Part shown: positions 9,647-16,745 of the stretch, one piece after another | Layout of the letters: each line of letters begins with the position of its first letter | Position numbering within the stretch: the first letter of the stretch is position 1 | Virus record (IMG/VR): IMGVR_UViG_3300011435_000001 | Coordinates: 8,648 to 72,647 of that record | Origin: a virus | Lineage: Duplodnaviria; Caudoviricetes | Strand: one strand, 5' to 3' | Length of the DNA: 64,000 nucleotides | Translations under genes and position numbers: made by a program | The notes under the pieces: model-generated | What the model saw: only the letters and a program-made list of their open reading frames with translations | Databases searched by the model: none | Told to the model about the DNA's origin: nothing

Positions 9647-10267
9647 ATGCCTGAACAACCTCTCGCCCTCTCCCCCGCCGACATTCAACCAATGGGTGGA
9701 GCTGCACCCGCTGCGCCCGTCGTTCCCGAGGAAGCGGCCCCCGCCCCCTCCGGCATGTCCAGCAACCCCGCGGCCATGCTGGAAATGTTGCCCGCAGAGA
9801 TGTTGGACAACGACCTGATTTTTGCCGTGGCCAAGGGACAGCCCGGCGCGGTGAGCGCCCCCAAGAAATCCAGTGACCCCGTGGTCAAGGCGGTCATCAA
9901 GCACGCTGAGCCGCTCGTCGCGGCTGGCTTCGGGATTTACGAGAGCATCGACAAAAAGAATGACGTGCTTTTCAACACCCAGACGGTGGATGTGGGAGAC
10001 CTGCAAGAGGCGGACCAACAGGGACGACTTTTGGAGCTGGCTCCTTTGTTTTCTACCGTGAAGGGAAACGCAGCGCCAGCCGCTGGTGGTGAAGCCTCTG
10101 CTCCCCCCGCCCCGATGGGTGCCACTCCCGAAAGTCAGCCTGCCTCGAGCGTGCAAAACAAGCTCGCCGGTCAGCGCATTCGGAACCTCACGCCCCAAGG
10201 GCCAACGGGAGGCGCGGCCCCCGGCGCAGGCCAAATCCTCAATTCGATTCTGAAGCAGCCGATTTGA
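9647..10267 (+). CDS. Pro/Ala-rich hypothetical protein (probably virion-associated)
   Basis: Start moved to MPEQPL; last gene of the + strand block. Confidence 0.7.
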   Translation: MPEQPLALSPADIQPMGGAAPAAPVVPEEAAPAPSGMSSNPAAMLEMLPAEMLDNDLIFAVAKGQPGAVSAPKKSSDPVVKAVIKHAEPLVAAGFGIYESIDKKNDVLFNTQTVDVGDLQEADQQGRLLELAPLFSTVKGNAAPAAGGEASAPPAPMGATPESQPASSVQNKLAGQRIRNLTPQGPTGGAAPGAGQILNSILKQPI

Positions 10268-10412
10268 GCTTCTGCTTCTCGTGCTTGTGCTGCCGGTTCC
10301 CCTGACAGTGAGGGCACGAGCCCCCGGGACGACAGGTCTTGTCCTGCGCCTTCGACTTGTAGTAGGGCTTCCGTTTTTCCTTGCCGTGCTTGATTGATTT
10401 TTCGAGGCTCAT
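10239..10412 (-). CDS. Small basic Cys/His protein (HGKEKRKPY...CRPGGSCPHCQGNR)
   Basis: Motif pattern I recognise from small phage proteins; converges on and overlaps the + strand gene end. Confidence 0.65.
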   Translation of the reverse strand: MSLEKSIKHGKEKRKPYYKSKAQDKTCRPGGSCPHCQGNRQHKHEKQKLKSAASESN

Positions 10413-10452
10413 CGGTTTTTCTTTTTGCTGAGTCGCCAGTGGGCACACCCTC

Positions 10453-12102
10453 TCACAATCCGCGAATCAAAGTTTTCTTGGCGCGGGTCACGGCCACGTA
10501 GAAAATGTTGGCCTCCTCGTTGGCGGTGTCCGGCGTGTTGCGAAAGCTGCTACTGACCAAGCAGACCGTGTTCCACTCGAGCCCCTTGGCCTTGTGGACG
10601 CTCGAGCAGACAACCGCCGGGGTCCTGTTGCCTTGGCTGTCTTGGAAAATCTCAGTGATGCGAGCCTCGACCTGCGAGACGTTCGCGCAGCCGTCGGAGA
10701 GCGCTTCGAGCGTCGCAACTTGGTCGTTGACCAGCTCGACCTTGTTCTGGACATACTTGCCACCAGCAGCCTGCGCGCGGCGAACCTGCTTTTCTCCCCA
10801 GCGCGCCAGTTTCGACAGGAAGTCGGGGACCGACTTCGCCTTCAGCTTGCGGACCATTCCGACGAGCTGCTGACCAATGTCGCGGCCCTCGACGCGCGCC
10901 GGGGTGCCCCTGCGCAGCAATCCGAGGCAAATGCTCATGAGCGGAGCGTTCAGGCGGCTCAGCACGGCGTCACCGACCACCAGCGACGCGACGGCGGCGG
11001 TCATCGTCATCTCGCGGACTTCGCCTTCGGGGGCGGACGGCGCCGCGGTGTAGTCGGCAACGATGCTGTTGGCGAGGGCCACAACCGACTTGGGGCAGCG
11101 GTAGGTCGTGGTGAGACCGAGCGTGCCCGCGTTCAAGCGCTGCTTCATCAGGTGCATTCCGTCCGACGCTGCACCGCGGAAGCCATAGATGGCCTGACGG
11201 TCGTCACCCACGACGCAAATCCTGCCACCGGGCTTGCAGGAGCGTTCCGCCATCAGCAACTGGGGCATGTTCATGTCCTGCGCCTCGTCGATGACCACCA
11301 GAGAAAAGGTGGGCTTGACCCAGCCAGCCGCTACCGGCAACCAGACCATGTCGTTGAAGGAAATCCGGCCCATGCCGTCCTTTTCGAGGGAGCAGCGCAG
11401 AACGTCAATCGCAATCTGAGCCAGCTTGGCGACGGGGAAGGCCGCTTCCAGTTCGTCGGGCGCGCAGATGTCGCGGGAGTCAGCCAGCTCGAGGACCTCG
11501 TTCAGGCTGGGCACGCTCACGAAACTGTTCTTGCAAAATCCGACCAGCTTGACAACCGGGGTGGTGATTTCTTCCGGAAGACCGGGGGCAACGGCCTCGA
11601 TGCGGGCGAACTCGACGTTGTCCTCGGGCTTCGCGTCGGACCACACGCGCTTGATGAAGCTGTAGCCGAGCCCGTGGAGGGTGCGGACTTCAACGCGGGC
11701 GTCGGTGATTTTTTCCTGCGCCTCGACTTGATTCTTCTTGTTGAACACGGCGTAGAGCAGCTTGCCGGACTCGGGGGCGTGGGAGAAGGCCTGCTTGATG
11801 GTGGTGGTCTTGCCGGTGCCCGCGCGCGCTTGAACGACCATGTTGCCGGTGCCAGTGGCGAACCACGAGAAAATCGCGGTCTGCTCGTCGGACCAATCCA
11901 CGTTGCCGGTGATTTCCTTAAGGGTGGTGGGCTTGGGGGCGCGGTTGCCACCGTTCACCAGCGCGAGGGCGGCCTCGGCCTTCTCGGCGCGAACCGTCCA
12001 GCACTTCTTGACGCCATTCCACCGGGCGCCCATGCGCTTCAAGGCCTCTTTCACCGGGTAGGTATTCCCGGTTATTTCCACGTAGGTCACTGTTTCGTTC
12101 AT
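10453..12102 (-). CDS. UvrD/Rep-family SF1 DNA helicase with a small N-terminal domain
   Basis: Walker A ARAGTGKTT, Walker B VIDEAQD, VGDDRQAIYGFRGA, YRCP, SSVHKAKGLEW, FYVAVTRAK. Confidence 0.95.
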   Translation of the reverse strand: MNETVTYVEITGNTYPVKEALKRMGARWNGVKKCWTVRAEKAEAALALVNGGNRAPKPTTLKEITGNVDWSDEQTAIFSWFATGTGNMVVQARAGTGKTTTIKQAFSHAPESGKLLYAVFNKKNQVEAQEKITDARVEVRTLHGLGYSFIKRVWSDAKPEDNVEFARIEAVAPGLPEEITTPVVKLVGFCKNSFVSVPSLNEVLELADSRDICAPDELEAAFPVAKLAQIAIDVLRCSLEKDGMGRISFNDMVWLPVAAGWVKPTFSLVVIDEAQDMNMPQLLMAERSCKPGGRICVVGDDRQAIYGFRGAASDGMHLMKQRLNAGTLGLTTTYRCPKSVVALANSIVADYTAAPSAPEGEVREMTMTAAVASLVVGDAVLSRLNAPLMSICLGLLRRGTPARVEGRDIGQQLVGMVRKLKAKSVPDFLSKLARWGEKQVRRAQAAGGKYVQNKVELVNDQVATLEALSDGCANVSQVEARITEIFQDSQGNRTPAVVCSSVHKAKGLEWNTVCLVSSSFRNTPDTANEEANIFYVAVTRAKKTLIRGL

Positions 12103-12107
12103 GTGGT

Positions 12108-12135
12108 AAGTTACCACAGGACGGGAACCCGTCAA
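12108..12135 (-). promoter_or_regulatory. Sigma70-type extended -10 promoter, leaderless
   Basis: TTGACG-16 nt-TAACTT preceded by TGn; 5 nt to the ATG at 12102. Confidence 0.7.
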
Positions 12136-12145
12136 GGGACTATTT

Positions 12146-12952
12146 TCACAGTGTTTTCAGCCATTTTTGCACTTTTCCGAAAAACTTTTGGTTGTCGACG
12201 CGGGCCTCGTGCAGTGCGGAAATATGGTGGATGCCTGCTGTGAACACTTGCCGCAGTTTTTCCACGTCCGCGAAATTCTTGGCTTCTGGCCACCCTTCCA
12301 GCGGTCCGTCCCAGAATCGGTTTCCCCAGTCGTATGGACGCCAGAGGACGACTTGTTTTTCGAGCAAGCAGGACCAATAGGCACCGTGGTAGGAGTTCGT
12401 GACGATGGTCGTGGCCCGGGAGATGAACTGAATCGCCTGCTGGAAGCTGTCCCCCTTGTTGGTGATGGCGGCGTAGCGGCTGCCCGCGAATCGCTTGTCG
12501 GCGTGCTCGTAGGCCCGTATCCCATGCGCTTCTCCCTGATACTTGAGGAAGTGAGTGAACACCCCAGACATGGCGGACGCGCAGGGCACATGCTCGAAAC
12601 CGTGGTGCATCGCAAAGCCCGGGTTACGGACGCCAACGGGACCGTGACACTTCGACAGGGCCTTGGACAGCCTGCCGCATTCTGATGGCGGGAAAGCGTC
12701 GAGCTGGTAGTTCATGCCCGCACCCCAAATGGCTACGCGGAAGAATCCGTTCAACTGTTCAAGGCGGTCGGGGAACCCGGGCATGAACATTCCACCCCCG
12801 CCGAGAACGATGGGCGTGCCTTCGGGCAAGTCGCGCGTGTCATTCCAGTCTCGCCTCTCGCAGTCGTCGAATTCGCTGAATCCGTCCGCCGGGCAGCAGG
12901 CAAGGTCGCCAAGGTTTCGCGTGTTGCGCATGTGAAGGAAAACAGGTCTCAT
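12146..12952 (-). CDS. Polysaccharide pyruvyl-transferase-like protein
   Basis: NLGD, VLGGGG, IWGAG, VGVRN, VPCAS, IVTNSYHGAYWSCLL pattern of PS_pyruv_trans-like GT-B proteins. Confidence 0.7.
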   Translation of the reverse strand: MRPVFLHMRNTRNLGDLACCPADGFSEFDDCERRDWNDTRDLPEGTPIVLGGGGMFMPGFPDRLEQLNGFFRVAIWGAGMNYQLDAFPPSECGRLSKALSKCHGPVGVRNPGFAMHHGFEHVPCASAMSGVFTHFLKYQGEAHGIRAYEHADKRFAGSRYAAITNKGDSFQQAIQFISRATTIVTNSYHGAYWSCLLEKQVVLWRPYDWGNRFWDGPLEGWPEAKNFADVEKLRQVFTAGIHHISALHEARVDNQKFFGKVQKWLKTL

Positions 12953-13167
12953 AATTCTTTAATTCTGCTCTGCAACTCCCGCACCCACTGCGTCAGCGTG
13001 AGTGCGTGCAGGCGGGTCACATAAACCCCCTGTTGGTAAAGCCGGTTAGCCACGCCCCCGGAGAAGTAGAAGTAAATCCCCCTCGAGCTTCTGCGAAAGC
13101 GGCACAGTTCAACTTCCTTGTCGCCTGTCGCTTCCCGCAGGGCTGCTGTTATGCTCTTGAGGGTCAT
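12949..13167 (-). CDS. Hypothetical protein
   Basis: Tightly packed ORF, start at MTLKSIT. Confidence 0.55.
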   Translation of the reverse strand: MTLKSITAALREATGDKEVELCRFRRSSRGIYFYFSGGVANRLYQQGVYVTRLHALTLTQWVRELQSRIKEL

Positions 13168-13169
13168 GA

Positions 13170-13454
13170 TTAACCCCGGAGGCACGACCCGCACAGGCGG
13201 GACGGGTGGTTGTATGGTTGACCGCAGAGAATGCAGCCTCCGTTCTTCTCGTCCTCGAACAACAGCGGAATCTTGTCCGCCGCCGCACGCATCGCCTTGC
13301 GCTGCGCCTCTTCGCCCCTGAGCCACGCGGCGTGCAGGTCCGCGTCGTATTCGAAGCCGGAGGGCTTGAAGGTCTTGCCGTTCACTGCCGCCAGCCGACC
13401 CGCGTTGAACGCGATGTCGAGCTGCTCGGACTTTTTAATCTCAGAATTTGTCAT
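13170..13454 (-). CDS. Hypothetical protein with an Rmf-like AFNAG...AWLRG pattern and a C-terminal CxxC..C knuckle
   Basis: Has its own promoter; pattern recognised by eye. Confidence 0.6.
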   Translation of the reverse strand: MTNSEIKKSEQLDIAFNAGRLAAVNGKTFKPSGFEYDADLHAAWLRGEEAQRKAMRAAADKIPLLFEDEKNGGCILCGQPYNHPSRLCGSCLRG

Positions 13455-13459
13455 GGTGT

Positions 13460-13488
13460 AAGGTAACACGGGTCGGGGCGCCCGTCAA
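13460..13488 (-). promoter_or_regulatory. Sigma70-type extended -10 promoter, leaderless
   Basis: TTGACG-17 nt-TACCTT, 5 nt to ATG. Confidence 0.75.
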
Positions 13489-13505
13489 CCCCGTATTTCT
13501 ACGGG

Positions 13506-13877
13506 TCAGAAAGGGCATTCGTCTGTGGTCGCCGGTGCGGGGGCCGCAACCGTGGCTGGGACGGGCGAGAGCACCGTGTAAAAGCTGTCGTCGTTGTTGT
13601 CGCGGGCCAGCTCATTCAAGACCGGGCCCGCGGCGTCTTCGTAGGTGTCTCCGACCGAGACAATCTTCGATTCCTCACCGAGGATGGCATCCGTGCTGCG
13701 GCAGTAGACCGCCCAGCAGTGCAGCACGACAAACTTGCCAGCGGCGACCAGCTCCGCCGCCTTCTTGCGTTCACTCCTGCGCGGCGTCGTGGCCGAGGAG
13801 TGGGCGAAGGCCCGTTGAAGTTCGTTGCGGTAACCGTCGTTTTCCGCTTCCAGTTCCGCTCGTTCGTTTAAGTTCAT
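13506..13877 (-). CDS. Hypothetical protein
   Basis: Has its own promoter 5 nt upstream of the ATG. Confidence 0.65.
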   Translation of the reverse strand: MNLNERAELEAENDGYRNELQRAFAHSSATTPRRSERKKAAELVAAGKFVVLHCWAVYCRSTDAILGEESKIVSVGDTYEDAAGPVLNELARDNNDDSFYTVLSPVPATVAAPAPATTDECPF

Positions 13878-13882
13878 GGTGA

Positions 13883-13912
13883 AAGGTAGCACGGGCGCGG
13901 CGTAGCGCAAGG
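13883..13912 (-). promoter_or_regulatory. Repeated promoter cassette, copy A
   Basis: TTGCGC-16 nt-TACCTT, 5 nt to ATG; 26/30 identical to 14453-14482. Confidence 0.75.
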
Positions 13913-13920
13913 CAGTATTT

Positions 13921-14196
13921 CTACTGTTTGGTGTCTAGGTTGGCGTAGTAGGCGTCCTGTTGCTCCTTGGTGTCGAGCCGGACCACGGAAGCGCGGGTCG
14001 AGGCCTTCGCGCCGATGCGCTTGTAAAGCTTCACCTCCGCGTCGGCGTCGGTGCGGGCGAACACGGAGAACTGGGGTCCTCCGTATTTCATGGTGAACAC
14101 ATACAGCGCGCGGGCGGGCTTCTGGCGCCGGAGGTCGCGCGGAGATTCGACGTTGCGGGTGCCCATGAGGGTGGTGGGGATTTTGTGCTCGCTCAT
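13921..14196 (-). CDS. Hypothetical protein
   Basis: Packed ORF overlapping the upstream gene stop. Confidence 0.6.
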   Translation of the reverse strand: MSEHKIPTTLMGTRNVESPRDLRRQKPARALYVFTMKYGGPQFSVFARTDADAEVKLYKRIGAKASTRASVVRLDTKEQQDAYYANLDTKQ

Positions 14197-14447
14197 AGAA
14201 CGTAAGTGGTGAGTTCGTAGGTGCCGCTGTCCAGACGGTAGAGGACGACCTGAAAGTGCTTGCGGGTGACCCGGCCCTTGTAGGTGAACACCGGCACCGA
14301 CATGCGGCGGGTCTCACCGTAGTTCACTGGCTCGCGGGCGATGTCCGCTGTCCACTGCAAGTCGTGAAAAACGACGCCCGCCTTAGCCGCGTTGGTCGCG
14401 GCGGCTTCGATGGCTCCGGCGAAGGTGTCGTGGTAGATGTTGCTCAT
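14193..14447 (-). CDS. Hypothetical protein (MSNIYHDTFAGAIEA...)
   Basis: Has its own promoter 5 nt upstream. Confidence 0.65.
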   Translation of the reverse strand: MSNIYHDTFAGAIEAAATNAAKAGVVFHDLQWTADIAREPVNYGETRRMSVPVFTYKGRVTRKHFQVVLYRLDSGTYELTTYVL

Positions 14448-14452
14448 GGCGT

Positions 14453-14482
14453 AAGGTAGCACGGGTGCGGCTAAACGCAAGG
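14453..14482 (-). promoter_or_regulatory. Repeated promoter cassette, copy B
   Basis: TTGCGT-16 nt-TACCTT, 5 nt to ATG. Confidence 0.75.
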
Positions 14483-14484
14483 GC

Positions 14485-14937
14485 CTATTGTTCGGAAAGA
14501 ATGGCGGCGTCGTTGACCTGCTTGTTGATGCGGGCAAGGTCGTGGGGGCAGTCGCAGGTGGGCTGCTTGCGGCCTTCCCACGCGTCGCTGTGGGCAGTCG
14601 TGACGGCTTCGAGGGCTCGGTCGCCATCGTTGGGGGCGTCGTAGGAGGAGATGGAGTAGTCGCAGACCAGCTCGCCCGGGCTGTTGCCGAGCACGAGGAA
14701 AAGCCAGCGTTTCTTGGTCTCGCCGCCCTTGCTGTAGGCCACGTAAAGGCGGGACTCGTCGCAGGCGATGAGGTTGGAGATGAACGCGGAGCGCTTTCCG
14801 TCGTATTTGAACCCCTCCTCGCCGTTGTGGCCGGAGAGCAGCGCGAAGCCCGCCTTTTCGAGTGTGCGGAGGAGCGACGCGACTTCAGGGCGCCAGTTGT
14901 TGATTCGGCGGACAGTGAGCGATTCAGTATTTATCAT
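14485..14937 (-). CDS. Hypothetical protein
   Basis: Has its own promoter (TTGACG-17 nt-CATCTT at 14943-14971), 5 nt to ATG. Confidence 0.7.
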   Translation of the reverse strand: MINTESLTVRRINNWRPEVASLLRTLEKAGFALLSGHNGEEGFKYDGKRSAFISNLIACDESRLYVAYSKGGETKKRWLFLVLGNSPGELVCDYSISSYDAPNDGDRALEAVTTAHSDAWEGRKQPTCDCPHDLARINKQVNDAAILSEQ

Positions 14938-14974
14938 GACGCAAGATGCCACGGAAGACTGCGTTCGTCAACCC

Positions 14975-15313
14975 CTATCGTGGGATAGGGGATTTACAGT
15001 CGCACACGTCCCCCGCCCCGGTCGCGTGGCCGGGATAATAGTTGTTGCAACGTGGGCAGGTCACCTCATGGATAACCGAAGCCGCGTAGGCGTAGGTGAC
15101 TCCGTTTTCCAGACACCACAGCTCCCGGAAAAACTTTGCGGCTTGCAGCCGGTGAGCTTGCCTGTCTTCCGAGGGCTGATTGAGGTCGAGCCCGAGCTGC
15201 CAGTGCTTGTGATATTCACTGAACACAAGACGGCTCTCCGGCGTCGTCGCTCCACGCTTCGCGAGCTGAAACTGGTGGGCGGACATGGCGTGCTGAATCT
15301 CGGCGTCGCTCAT
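14975..15313 (-). CDS. Hypothetical protein with a C-terminal Cys knuckle
   Basis: CPRC...CDC; ATGA-coupled to the upstream small ORF. Confidence 0.6.
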   Translation of the reverse strand: MSDAEIQHAMSAHQFQLAKRGATTPESRLVFSEYHKHWQLGLDLNQPSEDRQAHRLQAAKFFRELWCLENGVTYAYAASVIHEVTCPRCNNYYPGHATGAGDVCDCKSPIPR

Positions 15314-15417
15314 TTGAGTTTGGACAGAGCCCAGACCCAAGCGACGATGATAACCACCGGCATCGCGAACACGATGGCGAGGGACCCGAGCACGAGAAGC
15401 AAGTCGAGGATGTTCAT
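15310..15417 (-). CDS. Small membrane protein (35 aa)
   Basis: MNILDLLLVLGSLAIVFAMPVVIIVAWVWALSKLK; overlaps both neighbours. Confidence 0.5.
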   Translation of the reverse strand: MNILDLLLVLGSLAIVFAMPVVIIVAWVWALSKLK

Positions 15418-15509
15418 CGCATTAGTCGGCTGATGGTGTAGCCGATGAAGACGAGCACGCACACGACGTAGACCGCGAGCGTGACGAGTGTGTCAAACAG
15501 GTTGTTCAT
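15414..15509 (-). CDS. Small membrane protein (31 aa)
   Basis: MNNLFDTLVTLAVYVVCVLVFIGYTISRLMR. Confidence 0.5.
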   Translation of the reverse strand: MNNLFDTLVTLAVYVVCVLVFIGYTISRLMR

Positions 15510-15514
15510 ACGTT

Positions 15515-15685
15515 TTATTTCTCCGCAGTCAAGCAGCGGTTGCACAGAATCCTCACACCGTCCGGAGCCAGCGTGGCAGCGTCTCCGACGGAGTCCCAGT
15601 TGAAAATCAGCCGTCGGCAACAGTCGCAGCTCTCGACGATTCCCGACCTGTCGAAGGACAGGACCGTTTTGTTGAATTCGTTCAT
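15515..15685 (-). CDS. Small Cys-rich protein (56 aa)
   Basis: MNEFNKTVLSF...CDCC...CNRC; not in the ORF track. Confidence 0.5.
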   Translation of the reverse strand: MNEFNKTVLSFDRSGIVESCDCCRRLIFNWDSVGDAATLAPDGVRILCNRCLTAEK

Positions 15686-15774
15686 ATCACTTTCTCCACA
15701 TTGACCACGACCAAGCCGCGAGCGGCAGGAACATCAGCACGACCAACAACATTGCGATTAGTATCATAAAAAAT

Positions 15775-15896
15775 TGGTGGGGCCCCTCTGGATTTTCACC
15801 ATCGTCTAGCCCCGAAGGGCACCCGAGTTACAATCCTCAGGCCGTCTCATCGCACTCAGTGTGTGCAATCGCGAGTGTTTCGCAGACCGGAACCCC
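15775..15896 (-). ncRNA. 122-nt tRNA-like RNA with an 8-bp acceptor stem, expanded D arm, long variable arm and encoded CCA
   Basis: GGGGTTCC/GGGGCCCC-A-CCA; CCTGAG/CTCGGG stem with loop GATTGTAA; GCCC-TTCG-GGGC arm; TGG-TGAAAAT-CCA T arm. Confidence 0.65.
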
Positions 15897-15904
15897 GTAA
15901 AAAT

Positions 15905-15977
15905 TGGTGGGTCGGGGAGGGCTTTAACCTCCGTTTCACCGTTAAAACCGGTGCGTCTTGAATGAAACGACCGACCC
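15905..15977 (-). tRNA. Atypical tRNA-Lys(TTT)
   Basis: GGGTCGG/CCGACCC-A-CCA; D stem GTTT/AGAC; CACCG-GTTTTAA-CGGTG; GGAGG-TTAAAGC-CCTCC; 73 nt. Confidence 0.75.
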
Positions 15978-15986
15978 ATATCGTTT

Positions 15987-16058
15987 GAAGGGGGCAGCCC
16001 ACCCCCGAGGTTACCGCCTCTATGCCCGGAGGTCCCGCTCCGGATGGCTGCGCCCTTC
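15987..16058 (-). ncRNA. Putative three-way-junction small RNA
   Basis: GAAGGGcGCAGCC/GGCTGCcCCCTTC closing stem with inner hairpins CCGGAG/CTCCGG and GAGG/CCTC; directly downstream of a promoter. Confidence 0.5.
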
Positions 16059-16071
16059 ACCCGACACCAGT

Positions 16072-16099
16072 AAAGTATCACAACCCGGCATCTTGTCAA
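16072..16099 (-). promoter_or_regulatory. Sigma70 promoter for the ncRNA/tRNA operon
   Basis: TTGACA-16 nt-TACTTT with TGn extension. Confidence 0.75.
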
Positions 16100-16224
16100 A
16101 TGCCTCCGCGTCTTTTTCTGCGACGGGTCCCACGAGGGCGAGGAAGGTAAGCAGGGTGCCCACCGCTCTACGAAGCCGCTCCCGCGCGCATTGCGCCGCG
16201 ATGGTCATGGGGTATTGAGTTTTC

Positions 16225-16256
16225 AAAAAGAAAGGGCAGGGTTCCTTCCCTGCCCC
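16225..16256 (-). terminator. Intrinsic terminator
   Basis: GGGCAGGG/CCCTGCCC 8-bp stem followed by TTTCTTTTT on the minus strand. Confidence 0.75.
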
Positions 16257-16290
16257 GTTTGGCGAGCATGTCCCGGACTCTCTTCCCAAA

Positions 16291-16704
16291 TCAGTCGTTG
16301 TGATGGATGGACCCGTTTTGGTGTCCCGCGCCTCCACCATTCGCAACTCCGCCATTGCCGCCAGCTCCACCGTTGCCTCCCGTGCCCGAGACAGTCGTGG
16401 TCGTGTTGACGCTCGTCTTGGCCGGGCGCAGGAGAGCCGCGCCGCCGACGATGCCACCAGCCGTGGCCACTGCCGGAACGAATCCGGGTCCGCCGGTCTG
16501 GTTGAGGACGGCTTCAATCGTGCCGGGCTTCTTCGGGTCGAACGCGACGATGGTCGTCTGGCTCGGAGCGAAAAGGCTCGCGGTGCGAATGCGGACGATT
16601 TTCAGTCCGTTCACTTCGCCGATGATTTTGGTGCCCGCTTGCGCGGGAGTGATAACCGCCAACAACAGTGTCAGCGCCAGTAGGGTTTTGATGTTGTATT
16701 TCAT
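16291..16704 (-). CDS. Secreted or membrane Gly-rich protein
   Basis: Signal-peptide-like N-terminus (LLALTLLLAVITPAQA), hydrophobic segment, GGNGG tail; promoter-like TTGACG-18 nt-TAACCT upstream. Confidence 0.7.
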   Translation of the reverse strand: MKYNIKTLLALTLLLAVITPAQAGTKIIGEVNGLKIVRIRTASLFAPSQTTIVAFDPKKPGTIEAVLNQTGGPGFVPAVATAGGIVGGAALLRPAKTSVNTTTTVSGTGGNGGAGGNGGVANGGGAGHQNGSIHHND

Positions 16705-16745
16705 CAGTGTTCGTAGGTTAGCACGAGGCACGTCGCCCCGTCAAA

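Noticed and set aside
10594-12243. Long antisense ORFs (for example 10594-12243 +, 17481-18350 +, 27219-28529 +, 50958-52718 -, 53415-54665 -, 56810-58087 -)
   Set aside because: They mirror well-supported genes on the opposite strand; GC-rich codon bias suppresses antisense stops; no motifs
16020-16517. 165-aa minus-strand ORF over the ncRNA promoter region
   Set aside because: Overlaps a better gene, runs through an intrinsic terminator, a promoter and the structured RNA; low-complexity product
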